Positions 39,934 to 52,125 of a stretch of 64,000 nucleotides of DNA are shown one piece after another. Position numbers and translations under genes: made by a program. The DNA comes from Octopus sinensis. Lineage: Eukaryota. The notes under the pieces were generated by a model. The model saw nothing but the letters and a program-made list of their open reading frames with translations, ran no database searches and was not told the DNA's origin. How positions within the stretch are numbered: position 1 is the first letter of the stretch; every line of letters begins with the position of its first letter. The stretch is from positions 18,104,001 to 18,168,000 of the forward strand of contig NC_043020.1 in assembly GCF_006345805.1 (NCBI RefSeq), read 5' to 3'.

Positions 39934-40229
39934 CAGGCTTTTCTCAGTTTCAGTCTACCAAATCCACTCACAAGATTTTGATTGGCCCAAAACCATAGGA
40001 CTGAACCCACAAACACGTGGTTGAGAAGCAAGCTTCTTACCACACAGTCACTCCTAATTATAAATTATAAAAATTAAATAAAATTATGACAATGACTAAT
40101 GATTTCTTGATCAATATATGAAATCAGATATCTTGATCGGGGTGGAAGGTGGGGACAACATTAGATTCAATGGAGAATGGAGTCACATCCAGAAGTATCT
40201 TAGTTATTTGGCTGTTATATTTCATTATT

Positions 40230-40412
40230 AATAATAATCTTATCTACTATAGGCACAATGCCTGAAATTTGGTGGGGAGAAGGCTCATCGATTACATCAA
40301 CCCCAGTGCTTGTCTGATACTTATTTCATCAGTCCCAAAAGGGTAAAAGGCAAAGTTGATCTTGGGACATAAAGATGGATGAAACACTGCTAAGCATTAT
40401 GCCCAGCATGTC

Positions 40413-40447
<35 letters not shown>

Positions 40448-42290
40448 CCTTTCTACAATAGGCACAAGGCCTGAAATTTTGGGGGAAGGGATGAGTTGAT
40501 TACACTGACCCTAATGTTTCACTGGTACTTAATCTATCGACCCCGAAAGGATGAAAGGCTAAGTCGACTTTGGCAGTATTTGAACTCAGAACGCAGCGAC
40601 TGGTGAAAAACTGCTAAGCATTTCATGCAGTGTGCTAATCATTCTGCCAGTACGCTACCTTAATAATAATAATAATAATATAATAATAATAATAATAAAA
40701 ATAATAATAAAAATAATAGTTTCAAATTTTTCAACAAGGACAGCAATTTTGGGAAAGGGAATGAGTTGATTACATTGACTTCAGTGTATAACTGGTACTT
40801 AAGTTATCAACTCCGAAAGGATGAAAGGTAAAGTTGACCTCGGCAGATTTTGAACTCAGGATGTAGCAATGGGTGAAATATACTAAGCATTTCGTCCAGA
40901 GTGCTAACAGTTCTGCCAGCTCGCCCCCTTAATAATAACAACAACAGCAACTATCCTTCCAATTACAGGCACAAGGCCAGAAATTTTGTGTGAGGATGCT
41001 AGTCAATTATATCAACTCCAATACATGACTGGTACTCATTTCATCGAGCCCAAAAGGATGAAAGGCAAAATAGACTTCAGTGGAATTTGAACCCAGAACA
41101 CAATGATTTGAAATTTTGGCATGAGGCCAGAAATTTCGGGGTGGGGGTAAGTCAATTACATCAACCACAATGTTTAACTGGTACTTATTTATCAACACTG
41201 AATGGATGAAAGGCAAAATCGACCTCAGCAGCTAAGCATTTTGCCAGGTGTGCTAACCATTCTGCCAGCTTGATGTCTTAATAATAATAATAATAACAAC
41301 AATAATAATGTGATGGACCGTCATCGAAAATAATGTAGAAGTGTTCAGCATTTGCTGAATAACCTGCACAATTGATTTGGTTATAGTGATCAAATACATT
41401 AGATCACTCCCTACATCAAATTGATGCTACCTGTACAGGTGCACAATGTAGCATGCATCAGATGTTGAAGTGATTGCAGTGCAACATGAGATGAAGTGCT
41501 TTGCTCAAGAGCACAACGCACCAACTTGTCTAGGAATTGAAACCATGATCTCGTGATCATGAATGCAACTCCCTAACCACTAGGCCATGTCTCCTCACAT
41601 GATGATAATAATAATGGTTTCAAATTTTGGCACAAGGCCAGCAATTTCGGGGGAGGAGATAAGTCAATTACATTGACCCCAGTACTCAACTGGTACTTAT
41701 TTTATCAACCTTGAGAGGATGAAAGGCAAAGTCAGCCTCAATGAAAGATGGATAAAATGCCACTAAGCAATAATAGTAATAGTTTCTAATGTAGGCACAT
41801 GGGCAGTAATTGAGAAGGATTAATCAATACCAGGGACCCCTATATTTGACTGGTACTTAAGCCCTCTGTCAATCTCCCTTCCGAACATTTCTAATTTAGG
41901 CACAGGGCCAAACATCTGATGGGAAGGAATTCGTCCATTTAATCTACCCTACAGTGCTTAACTGATACTTCATTTTATCTTCTCTCCAAGTATTAAAGAT
42001 AAAATTTCGACTTTAGTAGTATTTGAACCTGTTAAAAGTTTGTTCTATGATGCTCTACCTACTCACTCACTGCGCTGACAATTGTTTCTGATATAGATAC
42101 AAGCCTAGAAACTTGATGGGATGACATTAGTTGATTAAATCAATCTCACTAATTGACTATTTACTTCATTCAATAATCTCAGAAGCATAAGAGGCAAAGC
42201 TGACCTCGACAAAATTTGAACTTAGAATGTGAAGAGCAATAACAAATACCATAAGACACTGTTTTGTTCACTGCTCTAAGAATTCTGAGG
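40230..42290 (-). mobile_element. Head-to-tail cluster of about 8 family B SINEs separated by (TAA)n tracts, with one family D SINE at ~41340-41600
   Basis: Repeated blocks ggcacaaggcc...gaaaggatgaaaggcaaagtNgac...tgaactcagaac...ctgccagc, all in the same orientation, each abutting taataataa runs. Confidence 0.75.
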
Positions 42291-44403
42291 CCACAAATTT
42301 AAGAACAGGAATAAATCAGTGGTTGGGGTCCATATAAGATTTTGTTATTAAAATTTATGTGCAATAAAATTGGTTATACACAAAATATTTTAGCAATTTT
42401 TTAACACAATTCCTAATAACCAAAGTGAGCTTAGTTCTTGACCAAATAACAGAGGTGATGTGGAAGATGATAATTTTTCAATATTTGTTAAAGCAGAAAA
42501 AGAACATACATAAGCAACAAGGTTGCTGACGCTGCTTGAGATAGCAGCTGAATATTCCTCAAATCACATTCTACAGTCAAGATAAATGTATCTGTGAATA
42601 AAAGACAGGTCAAAACATGATTAGGACTGACCCGAGGATAAACAGCATACATAATGATAATGATGATGATGAACCTTTCAGACAAGATGACAAAGGACTG
42701 AGATACCTGGCGCTTTGCTGTACTCAAAAAGATGTCCTTTACAGCCGAAGTGTTATGGCCACTCCTCCTGGTGCCATAAAAGCTCTCGTGTAATGCCATG
42801 TTAAAAGCACCCAGCACACATTTTAAAGTGGTTGGCATTAGGAAGGGCACCTGGCCATAGAAACCAACCCAAATTAGACTGGAACCTGGTGCAGTTTCCC
42901 AGTTTTGGTCAAACCATCCAACCTATGCCAATATGGAAAAGATGGACGTTAAAGAATGATGATGATGCTTATAGCACTGCCTGAAAACTGTCTCTGCTAT
43001 GTGTTGGAGACAGCAATCTTAGAAATGGGAGTGATGATGAGGATGATTTACAGTGTAGGGAAAGCCAAGTTGATTTAACAAAAGTGATGCTAATTCTATA
43101 GAGAGACCACATCAATCCCAGTGTTACACAGAATACAAAGGAATCAAACTAAATAATGTAGGGAAGCTGGTCAGACACTCTACTGTCCTTCCCACCCCTA
43201 CTGGCTTGGTGATGACAATGGTAATGGTTAGGATTCCTTTAGTACAAATCCACTGATTTGGAAGAAGCATGGTTGGTTTTATCAACTGAAACTCATTTTA
43301 TTGACTCAAAGAGAAGGATCAATTACATCACACCCAGTTCTTGATTGGCATCTACGTTATCAACCTCAGGGTAAGGTAAACCTTGAAAGGTAAAGTCAAT
43401 CAAAGGGAGGGTTTGAACTATGTACTTAAAGGAATTTAGCTTGTCATGCTACTATCACTTCCACTCTGTCACTGCTTTTGTACAGTAATAATAATAATCC
43501 TTTCAATGATAGGCACAAGGTCTGAATATTTTGGTGGGTGGGGAGCTTAGCCAACCCCATTGCTTGACTGGTACTTACTTCAACAATCCCAAAGAGACAA
43601 AAGGCAAAGTCAACCATGACAGAATTTGAACTCAAAGACATAAAGACAGACAAAATACTGCTAAGCATTTTCCTGGAATGTTAATTATTCTGCTGGCTCA
43701 ATTTGAACTCAGGATGATGATGATGATGAATGTAGGAGTAGATGAATTATCGCTAGCCATTTCACCTGGCGTGCTAACAATTCTTCCTGCTCACATTATC
43801 ATTAGACTCAGGAAGACATGGGACAAAGTGGTGAGAAAGGATCTTTGGACACTGGACCTCACTGTGGAAATGACAAGGGACCAGAAGATGTGGTCCCTTG
43901 ATAAGACATGTTAAGCTAAGTAAAATTGCTGTCTTCCACACATACAGGCTTCTCCTTCCAGGTGCCAGTACCACTTAAAAAGCACCCGTGCTGGTGCTAC
44001 ATTCGTACACCTATGCCAATGACATGTAAAAAGCACCCAGCACACTCTGCTAAGTGGTTGGCATTAGGAAGGGCATCCAGCCATAGAAACCATGCCACAA
44101 CAGACTGCAGGAGTTTAGACAGTTCCCTGATAGTCAGATCCATTTCAAACCATCCAACCTATGCCAGCATGGAGATTGGACATTAAACGATGATGAGGAC
44201 AATAGCATTTATCATTATCATAATTAATCTTTTTTAGTTTATCTGCCACAAGAGCAACGTAACTTACCAATCACAACTCATGATGGTACACCACGAATAA
44301 GCAAATAAAGTAAGATAGAAATGGGACATGTGACAGATGAACATAGATACACAATCAAACACATATACACATAGATATATATTATAAAATAAATAACACT
44401 TAC

Positions 44404-44590
44404 ATTCCAGACACCAAACTGATTTTGTACACATGTTTGGTAGTGCTGTTAGAATGACCAGTAGCAATGTTAATGGCTTTATCCAAGCTGGCAGCAAATT
44501 GGTGCAGATATGTACTGCAAGGTTGCGTGCCATCATATGGCACGTACAAGTAAGGAAAAACACCGTGAACATGCAAGCATGTCTTCTGAC
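44404..44590 (-). CDS. REV3L: REV3L coding exon 2 (187 nt): (G)QKTCLHVHGVFPYLYVPYDGTQPCSTYLHQFAASLDKAINIATGHSNSTTKHVYKISLVSG(I)
   Basis: Acceptor tctgtttcag|GT and donor GGAAT|gtaagt. The peptide closely matches vertebrate REV3L GQKTCLHLHGIFPYLYVPYDG...SIDRALNVALG...HVFKVSLVSGM. Confidence 0.97.
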
Positions 44591-46200
44591 CTGAAACAGA
44601 CAGAACAAACATATTAGAGATACAAATATATATTGTGGTATACGTACAGATATACACATTTGTCATTTTGTTATACATCAGTATTACCAACTGCTTGACA
44701 TTTTTAGTGCTATAGGAAACTGGAAGAGGTGACATTCATACATTTCCCTCAAGAACAATTAGCAGCATTAGGTCACAAACAGGAATGCATTGCAATCACA
44801 GCATATAGATATGTAGTCAAAGATCAACTGCAATAATAACCCCTACCTCATCTTTTAACCTTTTCATTATCTGTTGCTAATATATATTTTTTAACAAGTT
44901 CACTACTAATCGCAACACCAGCACCTGTTCTGGCAATGTTTTTCTACATAATGTTGGCAGGGAGAAGAGTCACTATCTCTAGTTGCTGAGTGCCCATCAA
45001 TGATGAGACCAAGGAAGGTGAAAATCATGTGAACTGGTGGTCACAGTGCTGGAGGTGGCAGGGGTTTATCTCCCTGATAACAATATGAACAAGAGTGCAT
45101 TTTGCACCAAAAGCCAATATGAGAGTATCTCTCATGGGATCTACTGCAGTATAGTTTGTTCCAACATCCACATTTAAGTAGGGATAAATAATACCTTTTA
45201 GTATTAACACTGCCTCTGTCTCTAGTATATACCATGTTTTTGTTAAGATATACTGCCTATGATGATGACAATGGTTTCTGATTTAGGCACAAGGCCAGCA
45301 AACTAATAAGATGCCAATACCTCTAGAACTGGACTGGTACTTTATTTCATTAACCCTTGGAGGATTAAAAGGCAAAGTTGACCTCAGCAGGATTTGAACT
45401 CAGAATGTAAAGAACCAGAGGAAATATCACAGAGGGTTTTGGCCGATGACATGTTTCTGCTAAATCCATTTACTCATCATCATCATGAAGACAACAAGGA
45501 TGATTTCTATTTTAGATAAAATCTTTCTTTTATCTTTTTGCATATTTCAGTCAAAGAACTGTAGCCATGCTGCAGCACCGCTTTGAAGGGTTTAGTTAAC
45601 CAAATTGACCCTAATATATGTTTTTTAAACCTGGTACTTATTCTATCAGTCACTTTTGCCAAACAGCTAAGCTATGAGGACATAAACAAACCAACATTGG
45701 TTGTGAATTGGTGGTGGGGGGACAAACACATATACATACATACATACACAATGAACTTCTTTCAGTTTCTGTCTCCCTAATTCCCTCACAAGGCTCTGAT
45801 CAGATATTTTAGTAGAAGACACTTGCCCAGGGTGCCATGCAGTGGGACTGAACTTGGAACCATGTGGCTGGGAAGCAAAATACTCAACACACAACCACAT
45901 CTGTGCCTACGAGAAATGTGGAATGCTTCAGGAATTTGTATGTCATCCTTGCACAGGGGCCATGCTAATCTTCTCCACCTTGTTCCAGTTTTAGTATATT
46001 TACAGCTGAAGCAAGGGGTTAGTCAATTAAATCAACCTTGTTGGTATTTGAGTGGTACTTATTTTAATGAACTCCCCACTCCTGACCGCAATGTTTAAAA
46101 ATTTACAACCATGAAAGCACCAAATGAGATACAGGGTAAGAAGCTTGCTTCCCAACCACAAACCACACAGCTCCAAGTTAACCCCCATTGCATGCACCGT

Positions 46201-46445
46201 TTTTAATTTAATTTAATTTAATTGTTATTGGCTCAAAAAGCAAAAGCATGGCCATGTAGGGGGACAGGGAGTTATGTACATGGAGGATGGTCATACAAAG
46301 AGTTCAGGCCATTTCCGGTCAAGAGAGACTTTGAACCGAGCGGTCGTCGGCATCTTTACTATCTCGTCCGGCAGCTTATTCCATGGATCCGCAACCCAGA
46401 CGGAGAAAGCCCCTCTCCTTCGATTTATACAAGGGGAGTTGACAG
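46201..46445 (-). mobile_element. 5'-truncated CR1/L2-type LINE 3' end
   Basis: Peptide RRRGAFSVWVADPWNKLPDEIVKMPTTARFKVSLDRKWPELFV* fits the CR1 ORF2 C-terminus (FS.RV...WN.LP...V.......FK..LD). It is followed by a short 3'UTR and a (TTAAA)n tail. Confidence 0.8.
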
Positions 46446-47052
46446 CAATCTCAATCAAGGTTAACACATACATACATGCATGTGTTGGGATGATTTAGGA
46501 GTAGATTCCATAGATGGAAGCTGAAAGAAACCTGTTGTGTCTGTGTTCCTTTGCATGTCTCCCATCACTACGTGACAACTGGTGTTGGCTTGTTTACATC
46601 TTTGTAACTTAGCAGTTCAACAAAGAAAACCAACAGAATAAATAGCAGGTTTAAAAATGGAAATCAGTACTGAGACCAATATGTTTGGCTAAGACCCTCG
46701 AGGCAATCCCCCAACAAGGCTGCAGTCTAATAACTGAAATAATTAAAAGAATATTAATTAACCCTTCATTCATTCAGATTACTCTGTCAAATGTAATGCA
46801 TATTTATTCACATAGTTTTGAATTACTCATGCTTTATCTCGTAGCTTCAAAATTTTGATGAATGTGATTATTTTTAGATAGACATTGTACAGTACATGTG
46901 ATGTGTGGGAGGCCAAATCTAGCAAGTCTGAACACAAAACAGGTACAACATTTTGATTGGATATGGCCAGTTTAAATGCTAAAGAGTTAAATCTCCATTC
47001 TAGCTTCCTGTTCAAAAAGATGATAAACTTCTTTTGACTCATTAGTGTTTAA

Positions 47053-47272
47053 CCCTTTCGTTACCATATTTATTTTGAGATGCTCTGTGTTTCTTTCAAT
47101 TACTTTAAATATAACAAAGAATTTAGTAAAATAACTTAGCTATCATTAAGCTAGTGTTAGGAACATAAATTATGACTAAGGTTTGGTGGAAGATTTTAAT
47201 TCAAAATTTATGAAAACAAGACATTTGTACTCAGAACCAGAGCCGGTTTCAGCCGGGTTGGTAATGAAAGGG
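47053..47272. mobile_element. piggyBac-type MITE family 1 (~220 bp), best copy
   Basis: TTAA|ccctttcgttacc ... ggtaatgaaaggg|TTAA. Other copies at ~9540-9770, 10433-10656, 10819-11039, ~48080-48303 and 58602-58822, in both orientations. Confidence 0.82.
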
Positions 47273-49365
47273 TTAAACAGGCCATATCTGGCCAAAATAT
47301 TCTACCTGTTTTCTGCTCAAACTGCCTAGGTGTGGCCTCTCACACCTACCCAGCAATGTCATTCTTTAAAGAGACAACCACATCATCGATATCCCAAAGC
47401 TACAATATAATGCATGATTAATTCAAAACAATGTGAATAAATAAGCATTACATTTGACAGAGTAGTAACCTGAATGCTAAAGGATTAAAGATCAAAACTG
47501 AAACCTGCCTTCACTATCATTACTTATCTATTGATTTACTATCTTTTCTGAGTCTCGGTGAATTGATTTACCATATTAAGATTTGTTTTTGCTTTCATTT
47601 CTCTTACAGAAGACTTTATTATTTATTTCCACGATGTTAGTAGCACTCTTATTTGGCAGCTAGTATTTTACTAATCAGTTCAGTTAATTAAATTATAACA
47701 AACAAGTCCAGGTTTTTTCTTTTTTTTTAAACTTCTTAAGGTTGTTTGGTTCAAATATATGAAACCACAGAAATAATCCAAGTGCTGATTATTATATCAA
47801 TTTTAGCATTTTAAGCAAATCTATTATTAATTCTATGACTAAAAACTGCTGCCAACAACACAAGCTTTAACCACCATCACAATGAATATTTACAAAGATT
47901 TAAAAAAGACACCCCATCAAGAATGTCAGTGGAAAATAAATTAATAACCCCAACACCTAGTTTAGTCATGTGACAGTCATAATACAACAAAGACAGTTCA
48001 GCTATGATCATAATAGCTTTTCTTCTTTCATACTTTCATAGATCAGGGACTACATTGTCTGATATGGTAACAAATGAGTTAACCCCTTTGTTATCATACA
48101 TCTGTTGAACTATAATTGCATTTCTCTCAATTAATTTTGAAAACAATAAAGAATTTAGTAAAATACCTTGGTCATTATGAAGCTGGTAATTGGAACATAA
48201 ATTAACAAGGAATTTTAATGGTATATTTTAATTTAGATCACTTTATACAGAAAGTTTATATCATAGAAGCAGGGGTGATATAGGTGGGTTGGTATCAAAA
48301 GAGTGTTCTCTGGGGAGATTTTGCTGTCATTTCTAGCAGGTCAGCTAACCACTTTGTGGTTTCCTTTTCTAACTAATTTTGTTGCTAACCCAGTCAACTC
48401 TGCTTCAGCAGACAACTAGCCAAAGACATCCCAATCTTGACCATGCTTCCTACAACTCAGGGACAAGGCGATCTGGTCCGTTTTTTTATTTTATTTTTTT
48501 AAGCAACCCCCACCCCACCACCTCCCGTCAAACAATCATGTAGAGCAGAAGTCCTCAATCTTTATCTTGCAGCATAATCATTTGTTATGTCCCATACTAC
48601 TGGTATACCCCTTGTGAAGAATATAATGGAAAACAGTTGGCTACCATAAAACAATCAATAGCGGACACCATTTTATGAAAGCTAGAAAACAATGTATAAT
48701 TTGCAACTAATTATTTATATTATATATATATATATACACACACATAGGCACAGGCATGAGTGCGTGGTAAGAAGCTTGCTTCTCAACCACATGGTCCTGG
48801 GTTCAGTCCACTGCATGGCACCTCTGACAAGTGTCCTCTACTATGGCCTCGGGCTGAGCAGATTCTTGTGAGTGGATTCGGTAGACGGAAACTGTCGTAT
48901 ATATGTATATGTATCTACACGTGTGTCTTTGTCCCCCACAGCTGCCTGACAACTGGTGTTGGCGTGTTTACATCCCTGTAACTTAGCGATTCAGCAAAAG
49001 GGACCGATAAGTACCAGTCTTTTAAAAAAGAAAAAGAAAACAAACTATGTATTGGGGTTGATTCACCTGACTAAAAATTCTTGTGGGGGTGCCCGGGCAT
49101 GACCATAGTGTAATTACTGAAACTCTTAACCACACAGCTGTGCCTATATACAAATAAACACACACACACAAAGAATTAATTGTATTCCACCCAATGAAGC
49201 ACCTACAAAGGGCTGTTGCTGAAAAGCATTCAACTATATAGTACTTTCTTCAACGTATAAGACATGAAACTGTAATGATCTTTTGAATGTTGACTGATGA
49301 GGAATAAGCTATGAATTTTCTGTTTGTTATGTTTTTGTAATATTTCTGTTTGTTGCGGTTTTGTT

Positions 49366-49429
<64 letters not shown>

Positions 49430-50825
49430 TATGCATATATATATATATGTACATACCTACATATATATGCATATATACATACATATATGGGTACAGGACA
49501 TCAAGAAAATGTAGACACAATGAGAAACGAAAACATAAAAACAAACTTTTTTCGAATGGGGATGCAAACACACCCAGAATCGGTTGTCAAGCAATGCTGA
49601 GGGAACAAACATTAATTAGTTGTAATTACTTCTAAAGTTCCAGTGTTTTTACAATCTTTGCATCTCCCTGTAATATCTCTTATGTAGCCCTAGGAGTATG
49701 TGAACCCGTATTTGAGAGTTCTTTGTGTAGAGGCCTTTTCTTTTTTTTTTGCATATCTAAAACTGAACCAAAAGTCAAGATCAAGAAAACTAACTTTATT
49801 TGTAGATTTCTGCAGTTTTATGGAAACCATAAATTTTTGTTCTTCCTCCCTTAATTTTAAAATGGTTTTATTCTAAATTTATAATTGTCTTATGGAGAAT
49901 ATGTAAAAGAGTATTCTCTAAAAAGTTCCTTTTTTTGGCAATATATCCATTTGGTGTATATTTAATTATTTTGGTTTTCGCACTTTGTCCGATATCAATC
50001 TAATTAACATTAGATTCCAACAAAATGTTTTTTTACAATTATTAACTCCATCAAATTAATTTTGTCCAAATATTTTCGAGAAATTTATATAATGAACCAA
50101 AATCAAAGTTGAACAACATCAATTGAAGAGAATATAATACGGTCCTTTAAAATTGGTAGTATTTAACACCTATAATTATATAAATTATTATTAATGCAAC
50201 ATAGTGGAGAAGCGGGGAATCTTCATTTGAAAACAGCCCACCACCTTCTCCACCCCACCCCCATCAGTGGTGAATATCATGTCTAGCAAAGAGTATAACA
50301 ACAATAACAGAAGTAAATGAAAACATCTTGGAAGGAATTAGGAACATAAGAAAAGGAGGAAAAAAACACACAGGGGGAAAAAGGCAATTATTTCATTCAA
50401 TAAAGCTAATTAGAGAAGTTTAGCCTTTAATTCCACCTCCTCCCACTCACATATTGATACAATCAGGAAAATTCTAAATGTCCTACTATTAAATCTAATT
50501 AACAGAAATAACTGACAAAAGCAGCAGAAACTAAAACATTGAAATTTTCACAATATTGATTATTCAAAACTCTATGAAATTCAACTTGATTTTGGCTTCA
50601 ATCAAAGAAAAGAAAAAGAAAAAGAGACGGGGGGGAAAAAAAAAAATCCTCCACCATCACCGCCACTACTGCTTTAAGTGAAATGAATTTTAACACCATT
50701 TTCACTATGTACTAAAACAAACTAAGGTGACACATTTCATATTCTACATATCGATGAGCTATGATCAATGCCAGTGCCATTGTCTCAGAATTTGCATCAA
50801 CCGACATAAGCATTGTCTGTCTGCC

Positions 50826-50856
<31 letters not shown>

Positions 50857-51489
50857 ACAAAAGAAAAGTAGATAAGATACAAACAACAAAAAAACATTTT
50901 AAATAACTAATTACACAGTTGAAAGCAAAAAACAAAGAAAAGACAAAGCAATAATTTATAATATCAATCAATAAATGTAATCTTATTTCTCTACTAATAA
51001 CCTGAATTTAGCAACATTAAATTTTCATATATAAAAAATAATAATAACAATAATAATAATAATAATGTTGATGATAACAACAACAACGGTTTCAATAGCA
51101 ACAACTTCAAGAACATATATAGCAGATGTCAAAATATTATTTTGAAATGAATTAAACAGACAAAATACAGAAAGCAAGTGATTAGTCAACAACAACAACA
51201 AGAACAGCAGCAGCAGCAGTAATAACAAGGATAATATATATATGCTTCGTTACCAGTGAAGCTATATACAAGTAGACTGCTGTAAATAGATTTATTGATT
51301 AGCCATTGTCCAACAAATGGAAGGTCATCATCTGATCCAACTATCTTTACAGTATGTTTTACTGTCCAATGACTAATGTGCCATATTAGTGGAAGAAAAG
51401 ATACACAAACACATTAGTCGTTCCCTTTCCATCCACCTGCAACTTCAGACCTCCGTGTAGTTTTAAGTAAGAGTAATTTACAAATTGAT

Positions 51490-52057
51490 TGGTGATAAAC
51501 AAATGTGTGTGTGTGTGAGAGAGAGAGATAGGAAGAAAGAGAGGTAGGGAGAAAGAGAGAGAGAAGAAGAAAGAGAGGTAGGGAGAAAGAGAGAGAGAGA
51601 GAGAGTAAGCGCAAGATAAACTGAATTTGTATGCGTGCTTGCATGAAAGTCTATGTATGTGTGAATGCATGTAAGCATATGCATGCAAGTGTGCCTGTGA
51701 AAGGTGCGTTTGTATGTGAGTATATGTGCGTGTATGTACATATGTATGTGTATGTATATTATACACACACACACACACACATATGCATGCATGTGCAAAT
51801 ATGTGCGTGCGTGTGTGTGTGTGTGTGCAATACATATATGTGTATTTATCTTTGTATTTACACACACACAGACACAATGTAATTAATTGCAAATAAAAAG
51901 CTGCCATGAATAAATACTTGAGTATTTAAAGAGACCATTGCTAGAAGTTTCTTTGAAGTTATTCAAAAATGTAGATGCAGATTTTTGCTTTTTTAAAAAA
52001 CTTTTTTTCTTTTTTATTTTTCCATTAAAACATTTTTTTAAAAAATTATACATGTAT

Positions 52058-52120
<63 letters not shown>
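51490..52120. repeat. Compound microsatellite region: (TG)n, GA-rich repeats, (CA)n, (TA)n
   Basis: Directly visible simple repeats. Confidence 0.9.

Positions 52121-52125
<5 letters not shown>

Larger units (their letters stand above)
423..44590 (-). other. REV3L: REV3L gene, partial (coding exons 2-6 as numbered here; exon 1 and the 3' exons lie outside the window)
   Basis: Five exons splice in frame (phases 1/2/2/0/1/2) into a peptide matching the conserved N-terminal domain of Pol zeta REV3 (GQKTCLH.HG.FPYLYVPYDG, P.YGYHEKE, QPHEAHIPYLLQ.FIDYNLYGMN). Introns measure 22113, 13523, 6687 and 1283 bp. Confidence 0.96.
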
